Part shown: one piece after another, positions 10,168-20,600 of the stretch
Position numbering within the stretch: position 1 is the first letter of the stretch
Layout: every line of letters begins with the position of its first letter
Assembly: GCA_013239625.1 (NCBI GenBank)
Contig: MU054338.1
Location: forward strand, 5,060,724 to 5,124,723
Origin: Lama guanicoe
Lineage: Eukaryota
Direction: 5' to 3'
Length of the DNA stretch: 64,000 nt
Translations under genes and position numbers: made by a program
Notes under the pieces: model-generated
Seen by the model: the letters and a program-made list of their open reading frames with translations, nothing else
What the model was told of the DNA's origin: nothing
Database searches by the model: none

Positions 10168-13100
10168 TCAGCATGCGGCCAGCCGGTCGCACACCCAGCC
10201 GTCCAGCCGGTTGTTGCAGAAGGCATCGTTCCACTTCCCGGAGGCCTGCATCATCACGCAGTTCTCGCCCTGACCCGCGTCGTTGGGCTCCCCCGGCTGC
10301 CAGTTGCTGAAAGAGAAGGATTCGGGGTCGGAAGGTGGGGGAGAGGGAGGGCTCCCACTGCCTTCACCCTCGACCCATCCCTCCAAGTCTGGGCCCTCCT
10401 CACACCATCCCTGGATTCCCACTCCAACTCCCTGCATCCTGGAGACACCCTCATCCCCTTCTTCTCCCCTTAGTCTGGACCTGCCTCCAAACCCTGACCA
10501 TCTGCCTCGGCCCTGAGTCTCCTGGGATGTGCCCCGAGATGTGGACCCTGACAGCCCCTGCCCCCTCTGCACCACTCCCCGACCTCAGCTGCAGTCCAGA
10601 AGCTCCCCATGGGCCTGGGGCACATGCCCTCCAAATACCCTCTCCTCTCATCCCAGAAAGGCCCCCCTCCCCCCTCCTCACCTATAGTTCAGGGGTTTCT
10701 TGTCCATCCAGATGAACTCCCCCTCAATGTCCAGGTCCCGGAGGCCAATCCAGGAGCCCCTCTTGTTAGCGTGTTTGGTCAGGAAGTCCTGGGGAGCAGG
10801 ACAGGGCAGGAGGGCTGGGGAGACGTGCCTGCGTCCCCCTCCCCAACACCACCGCCACTGCCACGAGCATCATCCAGGAGGTGGGGGTGGGATCTGCAGA
10901 TCTCCCACCAGCGTGCCCTCAGCGGAACCCAGGCCCACCTGCTCCTCCTGGCTGTGGATGCTGACCAGCCGTCCGTGCAAGTCGCTGCAGGCAAAGCGGG
11001 CCTGGATCCATTTCTTGGCGCCCTCGCCAAAGTAGTAACACTTCCTTTGGAAACTGACCCACTTCTCAGGGCACGTGTTGCACGTGGAGCCTGGGGTGGA
11101 GGAGAGGCTGAGGGGGGCGGCTGTGGTGGGCGCTGTGGCGGGTACCATGGTGGGCACTGTGGCGGGGGCCATGGTCAGCACTGTGGTGGGCACCGTGGCA
11201 GGGGCCGTGGCGGGCACTGTGGTGGGGGCTGTGGTCGGCACTGTGGTGGGCACCGTGGCAGGGGCCGTGGCGGGCACTGTGGTGGGGGCTGTGGTCGGCA
11301 CTGTGGTGGGCACCGTGGCAGGGGCCGTGGCGGGCACTGTGGTGGGGGCTGTGGTCGGCACTGTGGTGGGCACCGTGGCAGGGGCTGTGGTGGGCATCGT
11401 GGCGGGCACCGTGGTGGGCAGCATGGGTACCATGGGCAGGGTGGGTGGCAGCATCTCTCCGGGGGCCTGGGCTGAAAGCAGATCCACCCCAGAGCCTGAC
11501 AGAGAGTCCCCCAGGCTGCCGTCTTCCCCGGAGATTTGCTGCTGACCATGAAAGACCAGCTCCACCCCAGAAGCACCTCAACCGCCTACATCGTGAGCAG
11601 AACGTCAGGCACCGCAACCATAAACACCCCTTGGCCAGCAGCACTTCGACCACCAACAACACCATCACCATAAATACATTTGTGGCCTGCAACACCTTAG
11701 GCACCATCGGTCACCACACCACCAGCTCCACGGCCAGCAGCTCCCCAACCACCACTGTCAGTAACGCCTTGATCAGTAGCATCCCTGCGGATCCCCACGA
11801 TGGCCAGCAACACCTCTCTACCACGACTCCACCTTAACCACGCCAGCCACATCTTAGTCACCAGCGCCCACAGCAGTGCTGACATCAAGAGAGCCAGCAC
11901 CACCTCCCCCGTGACTGTCCCCACCAGCACCTCCTGTAATATCCCTGGCCTCCACCATCGTGGCCAGAGCCCCCAGAAGCAGCGCTCTTGACCACTTTCT
12001 GGGAAACTGAAATGACTTCCTTCTAGTTGGTCAGGGGTGGGAGGAGACTAGAGGGCTGGGTACCCCCAACGGCCCCCATCAGGGGCCACCTTGTCTTTCT
12101 GTCCCCTCACCCCTTCCCCAAGGAAACTCAGGTCCTGTCACCAGCACCAGCACTCCCCATCGGGAGGTCAAACCCACTGCGGCTGCGTTGACTCACTCGT
12201 GACTTAAAGTAGATTTGCTTCGAGTGATGTTGGTGGAGGGCTCCTTGGCTTTGGGGGGATTTTTCTGAGGGGCCGGGGGTCTGCAGCAGTTTGAGAAACA
12301 TCTCATATGTCAAAAAGTAGCCAGTGTGTGGCCCCCGGGGGTGGGGTAGCATTAAAACACAAGGAGAGCATCGCTGGTCCCTTCAAGGAAACTTGGGGGA
12401 TGGTGCCCTGGCTGGGTGTCATGTGGTCACTGTGACAGAGCCGGCAGAGCCGGGCTCAGACCCTGGGACGCGGGGCCAGACTTGGCGATGGGGAACTCAA
12501 GGACTGAGTGGGAATCAGAAGGTGACCTGTCCGAGTGAGCCCGATCCAGGCTCCCCCCCTCCCCAAGAGGAGCAAAGCGGGGTTTCTTGCTGGGATTCCC
12601 ACGACCACACCAGGTCCCAGGAGACAGCACTCCTCCACACCAAGCAGAGATCCTTCCTCTTCTCTGACCTGGTTGGGGCAGCTGGGGCTTCCCAGGGGTG
12701 GAAGGTCAAAACTCAAGGGTGCGGCTAGGGTAGGGGGAGCGGGCAGGGACTTCAGGGCTGTAACACCCAAATTCCACCCCAGGTTAAAGGCACAGCAATT
12801 GACTATCTGCTCTTTCTGCAGTCCGCTGGCCTGCTGGGGACACCCCCACAACCCTCGTAACTTGCCAGCATTGCCTCCATCAGTGCCACCCCTGGGGAAG
12901 ACGCCGTGGTCCCCAGTGTCCCCACTGCTGCAGGGGTGACCCCCCCTCCGGCCCCCTGGCTGGGTCGGGCAATCCTCCGGGAGGGCTGTGGCCAAGGGCG
13001 TCCTCCCCACGGCCGTCTGCTGAGCGGAGACGGCAGAGGAGAGATCAGGGAAGAGAACCCAGCGATGGTGGGACAGCTTTTACTCGGAGGAGAAAAAAGT

Positions 13101-16100
13101 GTGGGAGTCCCCTACCCAGGCCGGTGGAGGGGACTGTTGGAATCTGAAAGGGCTTACTCGTGTGGCCCCCGTCAGCCCTGACACATGCGTCAGCACAGAT
13201 CCATCCACGTCGTCATGCACACACCTCTACTGCACATTGGAACACACCCGCGTTGTCACACGTGTGCACAACACCCCCGCCAGCACGGACGCACACACTC
13301 ACCGTTGGACTCACGCAGCTCTACCCACAGCTTCTGTATCTCCTCCTGCAGTCTTTCCAGGGACTCCAAGGCCGTGCGTCTCTCGTTCATATCTTGAGTG
13401 GTTGGGTTGTTGGTGGAGGGGCAGGAAGCAGGGACAAAGTGCTTTCACTTTGGGAGGCACAAGAGCAGGCATACCTCCCTGGCCCCCCCGCCTTCCCGCC
13501 GCCCCTCCCAAGGCTCACTCAGAGATTTCAGGTTGCTCAGATCAGCACGAAGACCATCCAGGTTCTGGAAGAGCTCAGACTCTGGTGGGGGGGTGGGCAG
13601 GACTGGTGTCAGGGATGATGCCTGCGGGGCTGAGAGTCCCCCAGCCTGGCCCCCAGCTCCACAGCACCCCCATCCCCGCCCCAACTCTCACCCTGAGATT
13701 CCATTCTCTTCTGTTCAGCTTGGATCTTCTCCATGTTCTGCAACATCTGGGCAGCTGGTCGCAGGGGAGGGGCTCAGTGGGAGGCAAGTTCTCAGACTTG
13801 CCCCCACCAACCCCCCTTGGCCTGAGTCTTTAGGGTCAGCTGCTCACTGCGCAGTTTGTAGTGGTCTAGAGCCTGGTCCCATCTGCTCATCCATCCCCAC
13901 CTCCTCTCCTTTCCCTGGACCCTGAGCTGAGCTCACTCACCCTGGGATTTCTGAGCCATCTCGTCACCCTTGTGTCTTTCCAAATCCTTGGAGACCTGAG
14001 TGACTGGGGCAGTGGGAGAGAAGGCACGTGTCCTTGGGAACCAGGAAGGCAGGTCCCTGAGTCCCCACGACACCAACCCCAAGTGCAGGTCCCCAGCTCA
14101 CAGGGCCACGATGGCCACGGCTTTTGTTTTTAATTTCTGAGGCACAAGTATTTGTTTCATTGAGCAGATACTGCATTTTTTACAAATCGAAGGTTTGTGG
14201 CAACCAGGTGTTAAGCAAGTCTTTCAGCGCCATTTTTCCAACAGCAGTTGCTCCCTTTTGGTCTCTGTGTCACATTTTGGTAATTTTTGTAATGTCTCAA
14301 ACTTTTTCATTATGATTATATTTGCTATGGTGATCAGTGATCAGCGATCTTTGATGTTACTCCTGAAATTGTTTCAGGGAACCATGAACCACGCCCATAG
14401 AAGACGCTGAACTTAATCAATGAAAGTTCCGGCACTTCCCCGTCTCCCTCCCTCCCTCGGGCCTCCCCAGTCCCCGAGACACAGCAGCATTGAAATTAGG
14501 CCAGTGAATAGCCCTACTGTGGCCTCTAAGTGTCCGAGTGAGAGGGAGAGTCGGACGTCTCTCACTTGAAATCAAAAGCTAAGTAAGAAGTGATGAAGCC
14601 GAGTGAGGAGGGCAGGCCCAAAGCCGAGAGAGGCTGAAGGCTGGGTCTCTTGCGCCAAGCAACCGAGTTGTGAAGGCAAGGGGAAAGTTCTTGAAGGAAG
14701 TTAAGAAGGCTGCTCCGGTAAAGACAGGAAGGCTAAGGAAGTGAAAAGCCTCAGAGTTGAGGTGGAGGAAGTTGGAGCGGTCTGGGCAGAAAGTCAAACC
14801 AGCCACAAAACTCCCTCAAGCCAAAGCCTCATCCGGAGCCAGGCCCAAACTCTCCTCTGTTCTTTGAAGGCTGAGAGAGGAGGGGAAGCTGCAGAAGAAA
14901 AGTGTGAAGCCAGCAGAGGTTGGTGCATAAGTTTTAAGGAAAGAAGCTGTCTCCGTAACAGGAAAGTCAAGGGGAAGCGGCAAGGGCTGACGTTTACCTG
15001 ATGATCATTCAGACGATCTAGCTAAGGTGATAAACAGAGGTGGCTACATAAACAAGAGATTTTTCACTGTAGAAGAAACAGCCTTCTATTATTGGAAGAA
15101 GATGCCATCGAGGGCATCCATAGCTAGAGAGAAGTCAGTGGCTGGCTTCCAAGCTTCACGGGACAGGCTGACTCTCTTGTTCGCGGCCAGTGCAGCCGGG
15201 GCCTTGCAGGTGAAGCCACTGCTCATTTACCTCCCCGAGTCCTAGCGCCCTTCAGAACGATGCTAAGTCTACTCTGCCCGAGCTCTATAAATAGAACAAC
15301 AAAACCCGGAAGACAGCACATCTATTTCCAACACAGTTTACTGAATATTTTAAGCCCGAGATTGAGACCTGCTGCTCAGAAAAAAAATTTCCTTTCAAAA
15401 TATGACTGCTCATCGACCATGCACCTGGTCACCCCAGAGCCCTGACGGAGACGGACAGTGAGATTCTCGTGGCTTCCATGCCTGCTCACACGGCATCCAT
15501 TCTGCAGCCCGGGGATCAAGGAGTCATTTCCACTTTCAAGTCTTATTCTTAAGAAAATTCTTAAGAAAGACGTTTCGTAAGGCTGTAGCTGCCACAGGTC
15601 ATGATTCCTCTGATGGATCTGGGCAAAGTCATCCGAGAACCTTCTGGAAAGGGTTCACCATTCTAGATGCTACTAAGAACATTTGTGAGTCATGGGAAGA
15701 GGTCTGGATATCAGCATTAACAGGAACTGGGAAGAAGTTGATTCTAACCCTCATGGGTGACTTTGAGGGTTTCAAGACCTCAGTGGAGGAAGTCACTGCA
15801 GATGCAGAAGAAACAGAAAGAGAACTAGAATTCGAAGTGGAGCCTGCTTCTGGTTACCAAAAGGGATGGTGGGGGGAGAGATAAACTAGGGGTTTGGGAT
15901 TAACAGATACACACTACTATAAATACAAAATAGATAAACAACAAGGTCGTACTGTATAGCACAGGGAACTATATTCAATAGCTTGTAAAAACCTATCCTG
16001 AAAAAGACTATGAGAAAGCAGATATACGTATGTGTGTAACTGAGTCACTATGCTGCGCACCAGAAACTAACACAACGTTGCAAAGCCGCTATACTTCACT

Positions 16101-18651
16101 CTAAAAAAAAAAAAAGTGGAGCCTGAAGATGTGCCCAAACAGCTGTCATCTCAGGATAAAACTAACAGATGAGGAGCTGCTTCTTAAGGGGGAGCAAAGA
16201 CAGTGGTTTCTGGGGACAGAATCTATGCGTGGTGCAGACGCTGTGCAGATTGTTGAAAACGACAACCACAGATTTCGAACAGCAGATACACTTTGCTGAT
16301 GAAGCGGCAGCAGGGGCTGAGAGGGTGGACTCCAATTTTGAAAGAAGTTATGTGGATAAGATGTTATAAAACAGCACTGCAAGCTACAGAGGAGTTGTTC
16401 ATAAAAGGAAGAGTCCATCGATGTGGCAGACTTCATAGTTGTCTGATTTCAAGAAATTGCCGCAGCCACCCCAACCTTCAGCGACCATCCCCCTGGTCAG
16501 TCAGCCACCGCCAAGGCCAGACCCTCCGCCAGCAAACAGATTACCTCTCGCTGATCATGCTTAGCATCCTTTTTCTTAGTAATAAAGTATTTTAAAATTA
16601 AGATATGTACACTTTTTAGACTAATGCTATTGCACACAGTGTAACATAAACATAACTTTTATATGTACTGGGAAACCAGAGTATTCGTGTGGCTCGCTTT
16701 TACTGAGATGCTGGCTTTATTCTGGACCAAACCTGCAATATCTCCGAGGTCTGCCTGTACTCGGGAAAGGGCAGGCAAGGATAGAATGAACGTGTGGACC
16801 CTTCCCTGACCCAGAATTAAACAGAAAAGCAGCAGGCATTTCTCAAAAGCTCACTGGACTCGATTCTGAAAGTCTTGGCTAAAATTCTGCCCATTTTACT
16901 GGCAAGGAAGCTGAGGCACGGAGCTTTTACATAACACCCCACTAGGCACCTCTCAGAGCCCTCGCCTCCAAGAGTCTCTGGGTTTTTATCCCCCGGAGGT
17001 GGGCACAGACTGACCCTCCACTCCTGGGGGGCAACTAGAGCCGGCTCCTCCCCCCGCAGCCCGCAGCACTGAGTGGCCGAGGCAGGACCACAGCCTAGGG
17101 TCTCACCCACCCCGCCCCTTGGTACCTCCGTACCGTTCCGGGCCGCATTCTCTTCCAGCTGTTTCAGATTTCGTAGAGTGTCCCAATCTGGGGAGGAGGG
17201 GAGAAGAGGAGGGGAGAGGAAGGATGTTTCAAGTGCCCTCATCCATCTACACCCCACCTGCCAGCTGGGGATGGAGGCCATGGGTACACCATGTGGGAGG
17301 TGCCTGAAGGATGGGTACTGGGCCAGGGCACAGGGCTCTCAAGGGTGGGTGGAACGGGCATGGGAAGGGGATGGTGGGGTCACGGTGGGAGACAGGATGG
17401 GGAAATTGGGCTCTGAGGGGTCTGTTGGGCTCCCCAGGATCTGAGGGTGGGGGGATCTGGGAGGGAACACAAGAGGGAGGCCATGTGGGGCTGGGGGTGT
17501 CCTCACGCCACAGGAGAAGCAGAGTCAGCAGCCCGGCCCACAGAGCTGCAGTCACCAGCCCCAACAGCGCCAGCTGTACCCCCTTCCTACAGCACCGCCG
17601 CCTTCTGGTAAATTTTGGGAAGTCTGTTGGGAGTTGGGGGAGTGACAAGGGGCGCGGTGTTAGGCTGGGCTCCAGCTCTGCCATCTTTCTGTCACCCACA
17701 GCCCCAGGGTCCTGGGAGCACGTCCAGAGCCCACGCTGAAGCAGAGGGTCTCAGTGGACCCCCAGCCTCCTCTGTACACTTTCCCCACATGCTGCTTTCA
17801 TATCCATTAGCAACTCCCCCCCTTTGTCTGTCCATCTCTGCATCTGGGCACCTCTGAGTCTGTCCCTCTGCCCATCCAGCCCAACGTCAGCCGCTCCTTC
17901 TGCCCACATTCCAGTGGCCTGCTCAGGGCCAGGTCACTGTCCAGAGAGATGGGTCTGGGGCCAGGAGCTGAGATCCCTTCTCCACGGGCCTCCTCCTCAG
18001 GTGGCGGGCCCCTACCTAGCTCTCACCTGTGACCCTCCTCCCCCGGAAGGATTCAGTTACCCCACCCCCACCCAGTGCTGGGTCCCCAGCCCCACGTCTG
18101 GAAGAGTGGGTCCCCCTTCCCTCCTGACCCCAGCCCTCACCCTGATGCCTGTGCCCTGCTCTGAACTTCCCTAGACATGAGACGCTGGGTCTCAGACCTT
18201 CTCCGTATCAGAGCTCTTCCCTCACTCCCACTCTGGGGTCCCCCAGGGCTCTACCTTGATGCCGCGGCGCGGGCCCGGGCCCCCTCCCCTCAGCCTGGCC
18301 GTGAGGGGTCATCCTGCTGAATTCCCCTTGTTCTGAGTCCCCTTCCACGTGAGCTTCTCTCTACTGGGCTCCTAGTGCACCCATTGGAGCTGTTTTGTTG
18401 TCATGAGGGGGTTGAGTCAGGGAAGGGAGGGGCCCACTGCTTCCTTTGCCTGACTGGCTCTGTGCCAGGGAAGGCCAGTCTGGGCTCACCTCCCTCCCAG
18501 GCTGGGTTTTTGCTAGAAGTTTACTTTTCTTCCCAGAGAGGTTCCCAGGAGCCCTTCTCCTCTCCTGGGGGGAGGTAGGAGGTCAGGGCTCTTGCATTTG
18601 CCAGAGTCGGCTTTAGACAGTTCTCTCACCTGAGAATGAACTTTCCTCCAT
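10168..18651 (-). CDS. FCER2: Low-affinity IgE receptor CD23, isoform a, 289 aa
   Basis: Coding exons (minus): 18651-18630 (MEESSFS), 17623-17507 (TM), 17187-17134, three 63-nt stalk exons 14003-13941, 13754-13692, 13581-13519, neck 13392-13303, CTLD 11090-10939, 10788-10682, 10306-10168. Total 870 nt, all GT-AG and in phase. Motifs [26 protein letters not shown]. Confidence 0.96.
11122..11435. repeat. GC-rich minisatellite (12-bp units forming a 60-bp higher-order repeat, about 4 copies) in the FCER2 neck-CTLD intron
   Basis: The 60-nt lines starting at 11221 and 11281 are identical; those at 11161 and 11341 are near-identical. Unit is approximately GTGGYGGGSRCY. Confidence 0.95.
14140..16757 (+). 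mobile_element. Near full-length Tigger1 (TcMar-pogo) DNA transposon, decayed, in an FCER2 intron
   Basis: 5' GCAGATACTGCATTTTTTACAAATCGAAGGTTTGTGGCAACC. Broken transposase peptides ([28 protein letters not shown]-like). 3' end CAATATCTCCGAGGTCTGCCTG followed by TA. Confidence 0.9.
15847..16113 (+). mobile_element. 5'-truncated L1 3' end inserted into Tigger1
   Basis: L1 3'UTR (GTATAGCACAGGGAACTATATTCAA), polyA tail and a 12-bp TSD AAGTGGAGCCTG at 15835-15846 and 16114-16125. Confidence 0.88.
18255..18312 (-). CDS. FCER2: Putative CD23b-type alternative first coding exon ([19 protein letters not shown])
   Basis: Lies between the a-exon and the TM exon. ATGACCCCTCACGGCCAGG resembles the human b-exon (MNPPSQ). 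A phase-1 donor CAAG|GTAGAG joins the TM exon in frame. Confidence 0.6.
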
Positions 18652-18669
18652 GGCAGCGCTGCTTGGACT

Positions 18670-18679
18670 TTCCCAGGAA
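18670..18679. promoter_or_regulatory. STAT6-type site TTC-N4-GAA upstream of the CD23b exon
   Basis: TTCCCAGGAA about 360 bp upstream of the b-exon ATG. CD23 is a known IL-4/STAT6 target. Confidence 0.45.
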
Positions 18680-20280
18680 CTCAGCACCTGTCAAGGCAGC
18701 TCGCTTGCCAGGCACAGTCGCCGCTCTGGCTGGGATCTGGGTTCTAACGAGGGTTGGGGTTAGGGTGAGACGTCAGGCCCTAGTTACCGGCACAGGACAG
18801 CATCTTGGACTTGAGAAGCTCAGTGGCCACTGGCCGGTTTTGTTTGGTCCACAGGTGGGAGGCAAGGTTGCAGTTAACTGGGGGATGCAGCTGGGGTGGA
18901 GGGTCAGAGGCCAGAGGTGGGCATCCCAGAGGCCATCACAGGTGAGGCATACAGCAGGTGCTCAATCAATGTGTGATCTTGGCAAGTAGCTGAACCTCAA
19001 AACCAATTTCTTCAGCCATAAAATGACAATATTAATAATACCTACACTGTAGTGCGATGGTCTGCTCTACATGAATGTCTGAAGTGCTTTGAACAAGGCC
19101 TGGGATATTGTAAGCACTCCCATATCATCAGGTCTTGTTAACTATTCCTGCCTGTACCACCTCCCCCAGGACTCAAACTTTCTGAGCCTCAGTATTCCCC
19201 TCTGTAAAATGGGGGTGATGATGGAACCCAAACCGTGAGGCCAGGGTAGGACCAAATGAGATTAGGATGTACATGAGGCTTTTTACGGAGCTACACACAG
19301 TGGGTCTTCAGATCCTCAATGTCTGTCAAGCATCTGCTCTGTGCCAGGTCGAGTGAGGAAATGCAGACTGTCACCCAGACCCCAGCTTCCTCCTCTGCGT
19401 CCTTAAAGTCTCTTGACTTTGAAATGCCTACTAGGTGCCATAGAGTGTGGGCTTTGGGGTCAGACAAGCCTTGGGGTCACCAACTGTCCTCCTGCTGGGT
19501 GACTATGGGCAAGTTGCTTGCCCTGTCTGAGTCTCAGAGAAATGGAGACGAGGGGCAGCCAGGCTCTGATTAACAGCAGCTCCAATCAGGTCCTTCGCCA
19601 TTCTGAAGGAGGCCAGAGGTGTCATCATCCAGACACACCTGAGCCCAAGCTGGGCAGACCTGGGGCTGAGTGCTAGCTTCTCCCTGGACAAGTGACTCAG
19701 TTTGCTCATCTGTAAACTGGGGGTGAGCGACTGTGCTGACTCCACAACGCAGAATGATGCAGTGTGTGAAGTCCTGGCATACAGTAGGTGCTCAGTAGAT
19801 CTACAGGTGGGGTATTAGGTGAACTGAGGTACAGAGAGGGTAATTTGTTCATATCACTCCGTAGTGGGACTGGGACTTGAACCCATGATGTGAGAGCCTA
19901 TCTGCTTCACCACTGGGGGACACGGCCTCCTGGTAGGTGTCTGCTGGTGAGGGCCAGGGCAGCAGTGTCCTGAAGCCCGCTCATCTTTCTAACGTGAGGG
20001 TTCCTGCCTCTGCTTGCAGCCTTCCATGGCTCTCCGGGGTCCTGCAGGATCAGCCCCCAGTGCATCCGCCAAGATCACCTTTTCTGCTCAGTCATGCCAA
20101 TCGGCTGGCTTTCACTTCCCCAGACTAAGTCCCTGCACACCTGGCAATCCTGTCCATGCCTATCCACTGCCCGCCGCCCCTCTGTCCCGCAGACCTCCTC
20201 CTAGTCACCCCTCGAGACTCGGCCCAGAGGTCACTTCTTGCAGGAAGACTTTGATGTCTGCTTCCCATTGCCAGATCGCT

Positions 20281-20450
20281 CTTCTCTCTCTCTCTTTCTC
20301 TCTCTCTCTCTCACTCCCTCTCACACACACCCACACGCACACACACATACAGAGTCACATGTGCACACACACTTACAAACCTACTCACACACAGTCACAC
20401 ACTCAGAGGCACAGACACACAGACACACAGCCATACCACATCACGCACTC
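20281..20450. repeat. (CT)n and degenerate (CA)n microsatellite
   Basis: Visible dinucleotide runs. Confidence 0.8.
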
Positions 20451-20452
20451 AC

Positions 20453-20600
20453 TTGAGTTTTGAGCAGGCCGCTCTTCTCTTGGTCCGCTGGGGCCAATTG
20501 GAGAGGCCGGCAGGGGCCACAGGCTGCGGTGAGGAGTTGAACTCGGTGAGGCACTTTCTTATGAAAGTGGACTCACCCACCCGCTGCTTCTATTTTCACA
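20453..20600 (-). promoter_or_regulatory. FCER2: Putative CD23a non-coding exon 1 and proximal promoter with a palindromic STAT6 site
   Basis: Donor CAA|GTGAGT at 20453/20452. CACTTTCTTATGAAAGTG (20552-20569) contains TTC-N4-GAA. The candidate acceptor of exon 2 is at 18687. Confidence 0.55.

Noticed and set aside
11161..11400. CRISPR-like repeat array
   Set aside because: Head-to-tail repeats with no unique spacers, in a mammalian intron.
10609..11707. Gly/His/Cys-rich and SPRR-like ([10 protein letters not shown]) ORFs
   Set aside because: Alternative frames of the minisatellite, with no promoter or splice support.
12197..12264. Possible extra CD23 stalk exon (donor ..CACGA|GTGAGT)
   Set aside because: The nearest acceptor gives 68 nt (a frameshift), it lies on the wrong side of the neck exon, and it lacks a heptad pattern.
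14741..16369. Domesticated Tigger transposase gene
   Set aside because: Multiple stops and frameshifts plus an L1 insertion.
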